A DNA stretch of 64,000 nucleotides from Trypanosoma brucei (GCA_000002445.1 CH464491.1:5056001-5120000), one strand, 5' to 3'. Counted from the stretch's first letter, positions 36,361 through 49,984 are shown. Numbers and translations: made by a program. Notes: generated from the letters alone by a model not told the origin.

Positions 36361-36520
36361 AAAATAAACAAAGAAAGCAAATACAAAATTAGAATAGCAC
36401 TCATTTTCAATACCATTTCACACTATTAAATTGGACCCATAGGTCACGTACATGACGGAATTTCAGATTTTCAATTCTTCAAATTACCAAAAAATTTCCA
36501 AAAAATTACCAAAATTAACA

Positions 36521-36542
36521 AAAGTGTTAAAATATATCAAAT
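36521..36542 (-). promoter_or_regulatory. VSG 3'UTR 16-mer element (exact)
   Basis: aaagtgttaaaatatatcaaat. Confidence 0.85.
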
Positions 36543-36543
36543 A

Positions 36544-38034
36544 TTAACAAATTTTCTCAAAAATAGCAAATTTCATAAGTTTTAGAAAATTTAGCAAAAC
36601 TGCAAGCAAAAGAGGGGCCTTTATTACAGCAGAAATAACAGCTGCTCTCTCCTTAACTTTGCACTCATTCTTCTCCTTATTCCAATCACACTTAGTTTTG
36701 TCGCAATCTTTTCCTTCAGTGGCTTTGCAAACCTCGGCTTTTTTATCCCCGTCTTTCTTTTCTCCTGTTTTTTCTGCTGATGCATCTACTTTGTTACCAT
36801 TTTCCTCCTCTTTAGTGTTGGTCTTGCTTGAGGGTTTGCCAGTTTTTGATTTTGTTAGCTGAATAATGGAATAAGCCACGGCTGCTTGTAGCTGTGCCAG
36901 GTTGTCTGTGGACCCTACCTTTTGTTCGTCTGTTGCCAGCAATGCGGCCTTTGGGATCCCTAGTGTAGCTAAGGTGCCCCACACTTTGTTGTCGAATGTG
37001 CCTTGTTCGTTGCCATAATGTTTTTCGACCAGTTGTGTTAAGTCCTGGTCTTTGCCTTGAAGCTCGCTTGGGCTGACATCGGGTAACTAAATCGCTGCTG
37101 CTATTTTCTTGAAGGTTGGTTCCTTCGTCATCCCAATTGATGTTAACGTCGCCGCTTTGAAGTTTAGTGTCTCCAGTGTTGCTGTGATTTTGGAAAGGCC
37201 TGCAAGTTTTTGTTGTACATATTTTGTGGGTGGAATGACGGTTTTATCCTGTCCCCCCGCTATTGCAAAGTCTGGCTTGTTGACGTTTTCCGATTCGTAA
37301 GTTATCTTCTTCTCCGTTAGCAGTTTGCCGCCGTTGATCCTCAGTGTTGTCTGACTTGAGCTGTCATGGCTTTCACAGGCCGTGCCCGGGTCTGAGTTGC
37401 CGCTGCATAGCCTCGGACCGATGGCCGCTGTTGTCGACTTTGCTATTGTCGTCAGTTGGAACACGTCAATGGTTGTTTTTGTTGTGTGTTGTCTTGCGTC
37501 CGTGGCTGCTGTCCTTGGCGTTGCTGTCAGTTTTTCGTGGCACTTGGGTTTGTCTTTGCTTAGCGCTTCAGCTATTAGATGGACGCCGTTGGCAGTTAGG
37601 AAGTTCTGTGCTGTGTTTTGTGTGTGTGCGTCGAGCTCCAGGTCAGTTAGTTCTTAGACAGTCTCTTCTGCCCCTTTGAGTTCGGCTAAGTTTTTTACCA
37701 GAGCGGAGATGGTTGATTTTGCGCCCCTGAGTGCTGCTTTTGCTGTTTCAATTTTTTCGGCTATTGCCGGCAGTAGTGGTGCCCACAGGGTTGATCCCGC
37801 CTGTGCTGTTAGCTGTGCAGCTGCTGTTGCCTTTGCCAGAGTTTTTTCGCCCTCTTCAATCTGCTTGTCTTGCTGATTTACTATGCCATCAATGTGCGAT
37901 ATCATCCACTGTATGTGGTCCGCTGAGTCGCAACCGTCCGCTATAGTTTTGGTTAACTCTTGTAATTGGGCGTCGCACGTTAATGCTGCGGTGCCAACTG
38001 CTACCAGCGCTACAGCGCAGATTCGACGGTGCAT
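36544..38034 (-). pseudogene. VSG pseudogene (frameshifted N-domain; stop-loss extension at C-terminus)
   Basis: N-terminus with signal MHRRICAVALVAVGTAALTC at 37654-38034. Fragment at 37087-37464. C-domain 36544-36984 ...KTKCDWNKEKNECKVKERAAVISAVIKAPLLLAVLL then NFLKLMKFAIFEKIC*. A 5-bp insertion relative to the 40117 paralog (gctAAATTttctaaa) removes the normal stop. 3'UTR at 36521-36542. Confidence 0.85.
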
Positions 38035-39809
38035 CGTTGCTGTGTGAGTTCGTCCTTGCTTTGCCGTTTGTGCCCGCTGAACTTTCTGACTAGCGTTGCT
38101 GCACTTCAGTTGTCTTTTTAATACAGACCTTCTTTGTGCAGCTCTGTCTTACTGGTTGCCACGGCGGTGGCGACAGCGAAGCCTTTATTCGGTTGGTACG
38201 AAGTTTTGCTTGACACGTTGTTCCCTGCCTGCGCCTGTTGATTTCTACTTCTTTCTTTTTTCAGATGTCGTTATTGCTGCCTCTTTGTGCACTCTTTTGT
38301 TTCATATAACCAATTTAGATAATGAAGATAAGACAAAACGGCGTTTTGTTTCTGAAGGATACTTGTTTATAGGTTGAACTTTGTGTCGAAGCCTGGTCTT
38401 CTTTAGAAAACGCTCACTGCTCCAGTGGCTATACCTTGGTCTTGCGTGCGAAACACATTTGGGCTTGACTTACTCCTTTCAATTTCCTTTTCTCTCTGAC
38501 TTTTATGCTGAGTTATATGTTAAGTAGTTAAACATGTCGACCTTACCATTTACAACCCCCTATTTTTATGGTTTGATCCTTTCTCCTTGGTGAAATTACT
38601 TATTTTAAATACATGTTGGATGTCAAAACGCTGCTGTCTCGTGTTTTCTTTAACTCCTCAAGACGTGTCTTTGTAGAAAGTTCCGTTACTAAAGAAGTGT
38701 TTTCCCGAGCAAAAGCCTCGTAAAAAAATTTGCGGTTGTTTGCAGCACTGTTCGTCAGTGTTGCCTCGTGCCGAGGTTCTTTCCTGCTGCCGCCACTATT
38801 GCCACTCCCACAGCGGCGTCTAACATTAGCTTTTTCCTCTCTAATCTTTTCTGTTGATGATACAGTGCATTTCTTTTTTTAATACACCGGTCTGCCTTCA
38901 AATGAACCTAATCTTTTTTAGGTCCATTACTATTCATGTTTTTTTGCTTTTTTATACACATAAATACAGAAAGCATTTATGAAAACAAGTGTAAATTCGA
39001 AATGGGTGCTCTTTAATGGTTTTTTACTATTAGATCTTATTCGCCTGCATTATTCTAAGTTAAACCGTTTCTAATCTCCTAAATCTTCCATGTAAACTCG
39101 TTTGTCAAACCTCTACCTGTCATTATTCTAGAACAAAAAATGCTTTTTTTCTCTAATAACTTCACAAGCTCGTCTAAGTGTATGTTTCACTATGTTTAAC
39201 TATTTTAACACTATGTGTTGATGGATAGAATCTTAATTGGTGATTGTTTATCGATTATTTAATGCATATTTCCACATGTGGAAGATCTGTATAAGTTTAG
39301 TGCTGGATCTATTTTTGCTTTATGAAATATTGGGGACATTCATCAGCTTATTAGGGTGTGTCGCTCCGGCACTCTTGGGAGTTATGAAGCGAAAAAACTT
39401 TTCAACGATTTTTGCGTCATTTTCAGCTGAATCCTCCCTGCCAAATTGGTCCTTGTCTGCGCTAGTTTTGTTAGCACAAATAATGCATTCTTCACATACG
39501 TCTTTAGTGAATTTTGACTCGGTGATTTCAGAGCTCTAATACTTGAATTGCTTCTTCTTTTTACTTGCAGAGGCTCCATGTGTCCCGTACACTGGAACCC
39601 ACCTATACTTGATATGCCTGTATCATCTCCTTGTATATGATGACGATGATGCCGATTTTCATGTTTGTGTATGAAACTGGGCATAGTCCACATTTCTTTG
39701 CCTTACTCTTAGGCGCTGCACCACTTACTGACCACATGGCACCCTTGTCATCGCTTTAAGCACTTTTATTTCACCTTTCAATTCTGTTTTCAATATCATT
39801 GCCTTCACC

Positions 39810-39890
39810 ACAATATTCGTATATACACACACTTACAACAGTCTCCTATTATTATTATTATTATCATTATCATTATTATTATTAAAACTC
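39810..39890 (-). repeat. VSG 70-bp repeat
   Basis: caatattcgtatatacacacacttacaacagtctcctattattattattattatcattatcattattattatt. Confidence 0.85.
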
Positions 39891-40058
39891 TACAAATCTA
39901 AACAAAATAAAACAAGTTTGTAAAAAATTTATAATAGTATTCATTTTTCATATCCTATCACTCTGATACTTTATACCTATATGCTAGTGTTGCGCACTAT
40001 GTCGAAGTTTCATATTTTTAAATTCTCATAATTTTGAAAAATTTCACATTTTTACTAG

Positions 40059-40078
40059 AAAGTGTTAAAATATATTAG
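40059..40078 (-). promoter_or_regulatory. VSG 3'UTR 16-mer element
   Basis: aaagtgttaaaatatattag, 40 nt 3' of the stop of the intact VSG 40117-41595. Confidence 0.8.
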
Positions 40079-40116
40079 AAAATTTCAGCGTGGAAAAAAT
40101 GAGGAGGAAATTTCCT

Positions 40117-41595
40117 TTAGAAAAGCAAAAATGCAGGCAAAAGAGGTGCTTTTATTACAGCTGAAATAACAGCCGCGCCCTTTTTAACTTTACATTCATT
40201 CTCTTCCTTGTTCCAAGTGCATTTTGTCGTGTCACAATTAGTCTCCAATTTACCTTTGCACTCCTCGTCTTTTTTATCCCCGTCTTTTTTATCTCCTGCG
40301 TCTTTACCTAATTCTTTTTGGCTTGTCGTGTTAACACTCTTGTCCGATGCTTGTGCTGATGCGGCCCGAATTGTTCGAAGTCTGGATAATGCATCGTGCT
40401 CTTCGGTGTCGTCGATGATAGTGTCGATTGTAACGGGCTGTACCTTGCCGCCCCTGTAGACTAGCATTTTTGTATCCGCGAGTAGTTTTTTGAACTTTGC
40501 TTCAAATTTGGTTGTGGAATCAGTATAAGCGTCTTTCAGGAATGTTGTCATGTTCTCCTCATCTGCTGGCTTCATTTCCGTTTTGTCTTTGTATTGCCGG
40601 AGGCACCCTTTTGCCACTTGTTTGACTATGGGAATTTCTGATAGAGCCGCCCCTGTGAGGTCTAGAGGTGTTGGAATTTTTATTTGGGTTGTTAGTGCTG
40701 TGCAAATTTTGTAAAGGCTCGTTTTCTGGTCATCATCTTTGCCGCCGTTTGTGGCCAGCGGCTCGCACCCTTGCTCAGGTTTGTTATCTTTGTATATCTT
40801 GATTTTTTTAGGCGTGCCCGCCGTTGCGTCGGGTGCTTCTGCCGGCTTGGCCGTTGGGCCGTTGGCGACATTGGTTATATCGTCGATCGCGCAGCTGGTC
40901 TTTGCGCCGGTCCAGCTCGTCCAGCTGGTGCTGCCGGTACACCCGCTATTGTATGTGACTGTTATGATTGATGGGTTTATATTGTCCAGTAGTTTGGTTG
41001 TGTCGACCGTGATAAATTTCTCTACAAGCTTCGGCTTGATTTCTTTGCTTTCTGTTTGCCACTTGTTTTGGGTCTTTTTGACTTCGCATAGATTTGTCGA
41101 TTTTATCTTAGGTGTTAACTTGTGTTCCGTTGTCGTGCCACTCGCTTTTTTGTGGGCGCTGTTGCCGATTTCGAATTCTGTGTTTGCAAGTTTCACGGCC
41201 GCTTCCGCTGTTTTGGTGAATTGAGCTAGGTGTCTTAGTCCCTCCGCTTTGTTTTTTATTGCAGTATTTATCGTTTCGGCTGCTGCTTTGGTGTGTTGTG
41301 CCGCCGCCGCCGCTGCGGCCGCTAACAAACAGCCGTCATCGGTACCGGCGCCTATAGCTGCCGCCAAAGTTAGTCGGCGCCGTTGCTTATCCAGGTCAAT
41401 TACATCTGTTTTCGCGGCCTCTACTTCTGTCGCCAGCTGTTCTTCTAGTGCTGCTAAGTAAAGGGCTGCATGGCAGACTGTGGTCAGATCCGCTTCCTTC
41501 GCGTCGTCTGCGCCAACAAAGACTGCTTTTATTACTAAAATAGCTGTTATAGACAGTCGGTTCATTCTCCTGGTTAAACTTTTTTTCTGCAGCAA
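40117..41595 (-). CDS. Variant surface glycoprotein, apparently intact
   Basis: 492-aa ORF. Signal MNRLSITAILVIKAVFVGA. Ala-rich N-domain. C-domain ...CKGKLETNCDTTKCTWNKEENECKVKKGAAVISAVIKAPLLPAFLLF*. 3'UTR at 40059-40078; 70-bp repeat at 43235-43310. Confidence 0.9.
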   Translation of the reverse strand: MLQKKSLTRRMNRLSITAILVIKAVFVGADDAKEADLTTVCHAALYLAALEEQLATEVEAAKTDVIDLDKQRRRLTLAAAIGAGTDDGCLLAAAAAAAAQHTKAAAETINTAIKNKAEGLRHLAQFTKTAEAAVKLANTEFEIGNSAHKKASGTTTEHKLTPKIKSTNLCEVKKTQNKWQTESKEIKPKLVEKFITVDTTKLLDNINPSIITVTYNSGCTGSTSWTSWTGAKTSCAIDDITNVANGPTAKPAEAPDATAGTPKKIKIYKDNKPEQGCEPLATNGGKDDDQKTSLYKICTALTTQIKIPTPLDLTGAALSEIPIVKQVAKGCLRQYKDKTEMKPADEENMTTFLKDAYTDSTTKFEAKFKKLLADTKMLVYRGGKVQPVTIDTIIDDTEEHDALSRLRTIRAASAQASDKSVNTTSQKELGKDAGDKKDGDKKDEECKGKLETNCDTTKCTWNKEENECKVKKGAAVISAVIKAPLLPAFLLF

Positions 41596-43234
41596 ATCTG
41601 GCGGAGGGGTAGAAGTGGTGCTTTCTGCCGCTACAGTAGAACACTTTGTCAGCCACTCGCGTTTTTGTTCTGTTTTCTGTTTTGTATGCGGCTCGTTTTA
41701 TTTACAATGTAAGTTTCTTTTCCCCTAAACCGATTCGGCACTGTCGATGCCAATTTTCGATCGAAAAACAATCACCTTATTGTTGAATATAAAATTATTT
41801 TAGTATTTAGCAGAGACGTTGTTAATTTACATTCCTGGCTTTTCGTTGTGACCTTTGTGTTTTTGCTTTGTTTTCTTGTTACCCTCTTTACTCTGTGGAC
41901 TGGTTTCCTTGTCCTTGACACGTTTCCATCGTTTCTCTTCTTTAAAATTATAGTCGATTTCTACAGCTTCTTTTTCATTTCTGAATTAATACAAGTTTCT
42001 TTTCAATTTGTTCAGCTACTTTTAACAATTTTGTTGTAAATACGTAGCATTTGCTTTCTGTGTCGTATCGGAATGTTCATTATTTAGCCAAATATCTTTT
42101 TATAGCTGCAGTTAGTCACATTGTTTCAGTTGTTTTGTTTTTGAGTTTTCTGTTTTGCCATCATTTTTGTTTGACTGATTCGTCCCTTTTGACTCTACTT
42201 TGACTAGTTTCGGTGGTAGATTCTGCTTAGACTTCGTACACTCAACAATAACTACCTTAAACAAGTCAATCCATGCCCCCTGCCAATCTATAAAATACCT
42301 ATCTTTTTTTCAGCAATTCCCACCTCCATTTACACAAACAATTATAAAAAAATTTTACATACAAAGCATCTAGCATCTAAGTGTTGCAAGTTAGTTCATC
42401 CTATCATGATTCGTATATTCCACTTTTACTAGAAATAACCGTGTAACATTGCTGTTTCTCCTAGATGCAATTGATCTTAAGTTTCTTTTTGTGATCATAT
42501 GTTGTGATTTGTTTAACAGCTGGATAAGAATCTATAATTTAAAAACATTTAAAGTGCTTTTTGTCGCTTTTCTTTTGTTATTACGTACTGTTAGTTATGG
42601 GTCTGCAACACATCCTTCAAAGCTCTTAGTGTCTGTCCAGTATACTAATACTGAATTGGTTGTGTATTTTCTTTAATTCCCTCCACTTCAGAAAGTTCCT
42701 TGTAACTTGATGCATGGACTATTTGGAGCGGCATCATGTACTAAATCTTCTTTTCTGTCCACGGTAATCCACTAACAGTTCAAGTTTCAAAGTTCTCCTA
42801 TCGATAATATTGTATTAATTTACACACATTTTAGTGCATATTACAACATATGATAAGAATTATCCTGCGTTACATCACACGTATCCAGTTTTTTCTTTCT
42901 GCTACGTCCTTTTTCTTTTCATTCTTCACAAATGGAAATTAGGAGGTACCATCAGATCGAAACCGAGCTCGACCATTTCAGCGCTATAATACCTATCCAT
43001 TTCAAGTAAATACAGGGCATGATTTCCTCTTGCACGATGATATGTATCATTACATTTTGTTTCAAACTGCAAAAATCCCATCTCCATCACATACACTCTT
43101 TATATTTTTGTGCTTTCTTTAATAATATTCCTCGTACCTTCTCTCCTCCAGTCACTTGCTCACTCCTATTTCACCATTTCCATAGTTTTAACTGCTTCTG
43201 TTTTAGTTTTTTGTTTAGCATTCACAACTCTTTT

Positions 43235-43310
43235 TACAATAATATTATTATTTATATACTCACAACACTCACCTATCATTATTATGACAGTCATTATCAT
43301 TGCTATAAGT
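43235..43310 (-). repeat. VSG 70-bp repeat (degenerate)
   Basis: aataatattattatttatatactcacaacactcacctatcattattatgacagtcattatcattgc. Confidence 0.7.
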
Positions 43311-43612
43311 ATATTTTCAATATCCATAAGGTAATTAAATAAAAAATTTTATAACAGCAGTTGCTTTTCATATTCTAAACCCTGATACTACACCCATAGG
43401 CTACTTTAATACATATTTTTTTAAAAATGTATTTTTTAAGTGTTTACTAACTTGCACATTTTCATTAAAAAATATCAAAAAATATCAAATTATGGCAATT
43501 TTATAAAGTTCAGAAAATTCTCTCAAATTCATAAATACCACAATTTGAGCAAGAATTCTTTTAAAATGCCACAAATAAAGCAGAAAATACATGACTGATA
43601 GAATTATAAAAT

Positions 43613-45005
43613 TTATGAAAAACGATTTTTAATCTGTCTTATCTGTTTCAGTTTTTGGATAGCATTTCGGATCTTTTTTATCATCAAATTCACGACCAAT
43701 TTCCTTTTTACAATCTTTTCTTGTTTTGTGCTTTTTGCATTCGTCTGCTGTTTTTTTCGGTTCTTCTGCTTTTTCAGTTTTGATGGGACATGAGGTTTTT
43801 CCTTGGCTGTTCTTCTGTCCATCCTGGTAAGCGACGATGTTTTTGATAGTGTAATAGATTTGTGCATCCGCGAGTGCTTTCGGGTCCTTTATTTCTGCAA
43901 GTTTCTTTTCCCCATTTCCACCTACCGCATCCTTTGGGGGTTTTAGGTCCTTGAGGTCTTTTTCTATTGTCGATTTCACATTTTCTGCCTTGTCGCCAAA
44001 TATTGCCTTAATTAAGGCGTCAACTTTGGGTTTTGTAGGTGGGTTGGCATATGTCGCCGAGTCTCCGTCAACGGCTCTAGCGATCGCTTCTTACATGTCG
44101 CTGCTCTTTGTTATGGTTGCTGCGTCTGTTTCGACGCTAATCGCGCTTATGGCTGCGACTGCTTTCTCCAGTTCTAGTAGGTGCTTCAGTTCTGCTGGTA
44201 TCGTGGGGCCGTTAGGGACTGTGTTCGTTGTTGTGTCCGCGTTGTATTCACTGTCTAGTTTGGGTTCTTTTTTTGTTGATTTTTTGATCGATGTTGCGAA
44301 CACCATGCCGCCTTTGATTCCAAATGATGCCTGGCTCCCGGCGCAGGAAATACCGCTTATCTGCGTGTTTGGTGTTCCGTGGCTTCATACTGTGAGGGCT
44401 CCGCCGTAGCCCCCGGGTTCTGCCGCTGTTAATACTGCAAGAGAAATTGCGTCCGGGGCGTTCATATCCGCGTCGTCTTTTTCTTTGTCTTTTTTCCTGC
44501 TGTTGTCGTCGGCTATGCATGCTGGTTTGGTCGCTATTGTTAGCTTGGGTGTTATCTTCAGGTGTGTTCCTTCGGCGGTTACCGAAGCCGCTGCTACTGT
44601 CGGTACATCGGCGATCTTTAGTGAATGCAGCTCTGCAATTACTTCTTGATCACCTGCTAGGCGGCCAATTGCGGAAACGCCTGCGTTTATCGCCTCGTTT
44701 TCGGCTAAAATTGTGGCCATGGCGCGAATGGCTCCCTCGTCGATTCGTGCCACTATTATACGGCCTGCAGCTTGATTTTCGGGGCTAGTGCTGGCGACCG
44801 CAACCTTTATCTTCGTGGCTGTTGTTGCTGCTTGAATTGCTTTGTTTAGCGCGCTACGCACTGCGTTACCTGCTTTGATTTCAAGGCCACGAAGGTAGTC
44901 GCTGGCGCCGCATGCTGTAGTGATTTGGGCTTTCTTGTTGTGGATCGTGCCTGCGGCGCCCAGCTGCAAAGTTAGTGTTGTCAGCACCAGTGCGAGTTTG
45001 GACAT
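43613..45005 (-). pseudogene. VSG pseudogene
   Basis: N-domain 44385-45077 with signal MSKLALVLTTLTLQLGAAGT from about 45005. C-domain fragments at 43629-43979 (...ADECKKHKTRKDCKKEIGREFDDKKDPKCYPK). Frameshifts; no in-frame GPI signal. Confidence 0.8.
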
Positions 45006-46844
45006 TTTTTTCTTGTGTGGTCTTTCTTGTAAGGGGGTAACTCTATGCGGTAGGTTTGGCTTCACAATTGTTGACATTTTTATGTGATGTTAGACATTCG
45101 TCTCAATTCCGGTTTTTGCTATGTTTTCACTGCTGGTGGTCCGACAGATTCACCTTTTTTTATTTGAAAAGGAAGTTTATGACACGCGCCTCTAGTGGTT
45201 ATCCTAACGTTTGTCTCGTTTTTCAGTCGTCGGCGTTGGCTACTGTGCAGTCTGGTCCAATGTTTTTTTGCCGCTTGCGAGTGAGATTTTAAATTGCAGT
45301 CGAAACATCTTTTTCCTGTATTTCCCTCTCTCTCTATCTCTCCTATCTCCATATATTTTCCCTATGGTAAACACTCTCAATTCCGCATGTGGATTTGCTT
45401 CACTGAACTGCTGTAATATTTTCCCAAGTCACCATGACTCTCAGTACAAGTTTAGCAACTAGTTTGTCTGTTTTTGTGACCACGTCCTGACTAAAGTGAA
45501 GCTATTTTCTAGTTAGCTCCGTCGTTAGCCTCGTGTTTGCATTCAGATCATACGCTATTGCCGCTTCTAATATCGTAGTTAATCATGCTTCATAAATAGT
45601 TTCGGTTTTTGGATTCGCTTTGAGTGTATATAGTCTTGTTGTTGTGGGTGTGAATGCTTCTGGAATCCCTTTCGATACGTTTCTTTTAGCGGAGAAGAAA
45701 TTATTGCCTGGTGACAGTTACTTTGTAATCCAAAACTATAAGTTGCCTCCACTTAAAAAATTTCAAACCGTCTTTTTTTATCCATCAAATTTTGATTCAT
45801 TTTACCGCATCCCAGTTCCTGTATTTAAAAATCACTGAAAATTTTCTATTTCTAAATTTAAACATTTATAGCAGCTAGTGAATTATATATATATTTCAGT
45901 TTTATTTGTTTTTTTCGCGCCCATAATAGCAAATTAACGGTGGCTTTTTCACGAATCCGGTTGCTTTTCCGCTTTGGCTTCGTGTCGCGCTGTTCTGGTG
46001 TTTGCCGGGTTCTATTCTTAATACAGGGCACTTTTTCGCCAGAAAGTGTCGTCCCTTGTGCTTTTTCTTTGCTAACACGTGTGGGCTGCTACTGGTATGC
46101 TACCACATTTATATGGTCTACGTATTTCTCGAGTTATTCGGTGTGGCGCCTTTATAGCAATCCGGACACGCCGGTAGTTACCATTGATTCTCTCCAGTTA
46201 ATAAAGCTCTGCCAACAGTTTGTAAATTCATTATTTAAAGCAGTCTACAAATTTATTTTTTATTTTGCTTTATACTGTTCAAAACGTTGCCATAGCTTTA
46301 TAATTCTCCCCCATATAACATAAATTTTTCGGAAACAAATGTTGGCAACTTTTAATATAATAAATGAGAAAAAGACTGTGATATTGCCCCACAGTTACCC
46401 AATTTCTTATTCACAATTCTTATGATTTTGTTTCTTCTTCACAACTGGATATTAGGACCAGCTAGCAGACTAAAAGTCACAATCGATATCATTTACGACT
46501 GTTAATTTGTCTATTTGTGAGTTAAATCCATGGTATCATCAACAACTCGTCTTTATTGTTGTATATTATCTTTTTTCATCTTCGTTTGCTGCTGGTGCGA
46601 ATGACGTAGTGACTGTATTAAGCTGGTGTACTGGAATCCGTCGTTCCCTCACTGTCTCTTCCATCATCTCGATGTGTATGATAATGTCCATTGACATGTT
46701 TGTTGTTTTAAACATCGCATATTCCACATATTTTCCCCCTCTCATACTCCTCTTCACCCTTCAATTTTTTTATATACTCCTTGAACAATTTGTTTTGTTT
46801 AATGTTCTTCTATTTTTGTTGTCTATCTAATCTTAACTACCACT

Positions 46845-47075
46845 CTTATTATAATTTTCGTATACACACACTTACTACACTCTCCTATTATAATTATAAT
46901 TATCATCATTATCATCATTATCATCATTATCATCATTATCATTATTATCATCATTATCATCATTATCATTATTATCATTATTATTATTATTATTACTTCT
47001 CTTATTATAATATTTGTATATGCACACTCTCACAACACTCTCCTATCATTATCATTATTACTACTACTACAAAAC
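46845..47075 (-). repeat. Two tandem 70-bp repeat units with an expanded (TCATTA/TCATCA)n tract
   Basis: Core 1 ataattttcgtatacacacacttactacactctcc, then about 110 nt of tcattatcatcattatc..., then core 2 ataatatttgtatatgcacactctcacaacactctcctatcattatcattattactactac. Confidence 0.85.
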
Positions 47076-47289
47076 TAACTAATATCCCATACCCTTTCAC
47101 TCTGCTACTTTAAAACCAGAGCCTACTTTCATTAATATTTCAAGTTTTTAGAAGTTTCTGTATTTGTACATTTTTATCAAATAATATTAGTGTATCTTTT
47201 TTTTTTTACAATTATATAAAAATTCAAATTTTCATATAATTGAGTAAAAATCCTTAAAATTATATCGAACTCAAAAAAGCAAAAGCCAT

Positions 47290-48780
47290 TAGCTTCTATT
47301 TATTATGAAGGAGAAAACTGCCGTTTCGGCATTTAACCTTTTGCTTTTTTATCCTCGCCTTCTTTCCCACTTATCCATCCACAGGTAGGTGGTTTGCCTG
47401 CTGTGCTCACTGCCTCGAAAGATTTCTGATCCTGGTGACTAGAGCAGTCAGTTTTCCCATCATTTCTTTCTGTTTGTTGTTTTGATTTTTCTGCCTCTTT
47501 TTTTGCTTTCTCTGTGAGTTTGCACTTTTTTCTGTCTTATTCCATTCGCAACCCTCTTTGGTGTCGCATTCACCTTGATCCTTTCCTTCACATTTTTGTG
47601 GGTCTGTTTTAGTTACTTCACAATCTTGTTTTGCGCTTAACTTTTCCCCGAGATCACAAGCCGTTTTGTTCACTTCCATGTCGTTTCGGAAGAAGATGTC
47701 TCTTGCTTTTCTTAGCTGCTCTGTGTCCTTGTCTGCCCGGTGTTTTTTAATCATTTTGTGAATGGCTTTGGTTTCTTCTTTCGTTATTGTGATGACATTT
47801 GCTGGGTAATTATCGCCTAGGCTGCCCTGTGCGATATCGATGGTTAGGTCCGCCGGTTCGGCGGTGGCTACTAGCTGGAGAAGCTTAGCTGCTGCGGGCG
47901 TCGCTGTTCCGATGGTGCTTGACAGTGAAGCTGCTGCTGTGTGTACTTTGCCGATCCTGGAGGTTGATAGTAACTGCGCCGTTCTGCCCGCCGTGAAAGT
48001 TGGTGCATTTGCCGCGTTTGCCCCTAGAGTTATTAGACCGGCCATCATGGTCGTGCCTACAGATCCGGTTGTGGACCGCCCCCCGGTGTAGTGCATAAGT
48101 TTGCATGTGCTGCCGCTGCCTGTTATGCCGGTGTCGCCGCTCGGTAGCGCGTTCACAGCTGCGTGTATGTCGGCGGCCTGCAAATTTGGTCGCCATTCGC
48201 CGTCGTCGAAGTCGCCGCCTGCCTTGAGACACCCTGGTATGGCTGTGGACGAGACTGTGACTCCTGCGAACTCCGCTGCGTCGCTGACGCACTCCGATGT
48301 GCCTGCGTTTTTGCTGTTGAGTAAAAGGTGGGCGCTTTCCTGTATGTTTCCTGCGATGTTCGCAGCCGTTGCCGTTAGATCGAATATTTTGTTGAGATTG
48401 CTGCTCACTATATTTAGCGCTTGTTTTGCGCTGTGCCGTGCCAATTCGGCCACAAGCTTGGCTTTACTGTTTGCCGCCAAGGGCGAGCTCCTAACAATCG
48501 CTGCTAGGTCTTCGGCCAGGTCGCTTAATGTTTCCACGTCGGTAAGTCTGGCGGCTGTGTCATGGTTAGCTTTTTGCCCAGCTTCCCGTAGGCTCTGCGC
48601 TAGCGAACATGCCTTCTTCAAGTTGTCTGTTAGTATACCGACCGACGTCGATTCTACTGCTTGCAGGCATACACACGCGTCAGAATTATTAACGTCTTAT
48701 GATTTGTCATTCGTTTTGTTTAACAGCACTTCTCTTAAGCTGCTTCCTGTAGTTGGGTCAATTACGGCGTGAAGTTTTAT
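47290..48780 (-). pseudogene. VSG pseudogene (no signal peptide at ORF start; C-terminal frameshift)
   Basis: 404-aa ORF 47407-48621 starts MKKACSLAQSLREAGQ... without a hydrophobic signal and ends ...CEGKDQGECDTKEGCEWNKTEKSANSQRKQKK... without a GPI signal. GPI-like DNA continues to about 47290 in another frame. Confidence 0.7.
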
Positions 48781-49639
48781 ACCTTGTTTAAGGTTGACAA
48801 GGTGGTTGTGCGAATGAAGGCGTTTGTGTAGTTAAATAACATCGCATAAGTTTTATAAAATTTTGTTTTCACCGTTTAATTGTTTTTTTGCTTCCTTTAT
48901 TTTCGATTTGTGCTGGCGCACGGCGGATGGTGCTGTCTTGATGCCTGCTAACCTCAGCCATGTGGATCCAGATAAACGAATTCTGTGGTCTACTGAGTAT
49001 CGCAGCGGTATCCGCTGCCGCTGGCTTCGGTGACATTTTTGTTAAGGACCGCAGTTATAGTCGTCTATTTTCCAAATTACTTGGTAACCCCTAGAAAGAT
49101 AAGCCAATCCATCTTTATAGCGCATTTATAAATCGGTTCCTGTTGGCTTTCTGTCCTTATATTAACAGAAAATCTGCAGTTACACTATGAACGGTTACTT
49201 TCTTGCTTAAGTGCTTGAAATCAGTATTCATGAGCAGAATAAAAACCACAGTTGCTACAATCTCTCTAGTTACAAAACTTTATTTTTGAGTAAAATGTGG
49301 AGAATCTGTGGTTCCTCCTTCGCCTTTCTGTGGAGCCGTGAATACAGTTGATTCGTTTTTTTCCTGTGTAGAGCACTATCATAGCACACAACGTAAAACG
49401 TTTGTTAGCCATGTACATATCACTAAATCCCTCCATCTCTGTCCACTCCATCATCTCCTGTGCATTTTCAATTCATTTCTTTTTTAATTAAAACTAACCA
49501 TGTTTTATTTACATTTCTCTCTCTTTCCTTTAATAATATTCTTCGTTCTCTCTATCACACGCATCTTATTGCTATTGCACATAAATATAGCTTTAAGTGC
49601 TTCTATTGTTATTATAGTACATTTATTCTTCAACACTAC

Positions 49640-49735
49640 CCTTATTATAATATAGTATGTACACTCTCACAACACTCTCCTATTATTATTATTATTATTA
49701 TTATTATTATCATTATTATTATTATTATTAACATA
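49640..49735 (-). repeat. VSG 70-bp repeat
   Basis: tattataatatagtatgtacactctcacaacactctcctattattattattattattattattattatcattattattattattatta. Confidence 0.85.
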
Positions 49736-49984
49736 ACTAATATTTATAAAATAAGCAAATCAAAATAGCACCCGCTTTTTATGCCCTATTATCCTATTAA
49801 TTTAATTACAGGTGCCTCTATCGTACAAAGATTTCATATTGTTGAGTTTCAAAATTTAATATTCTGAACAATTTCCACATTTTTATTTAATAGTGTTAAA
49901 ATGCAGCAAATTTTAGAACGTTTCATAAATTTATAAAATTCAGTATAAATCCATATAATATTAAAATACTTCAATCATTGTAAA

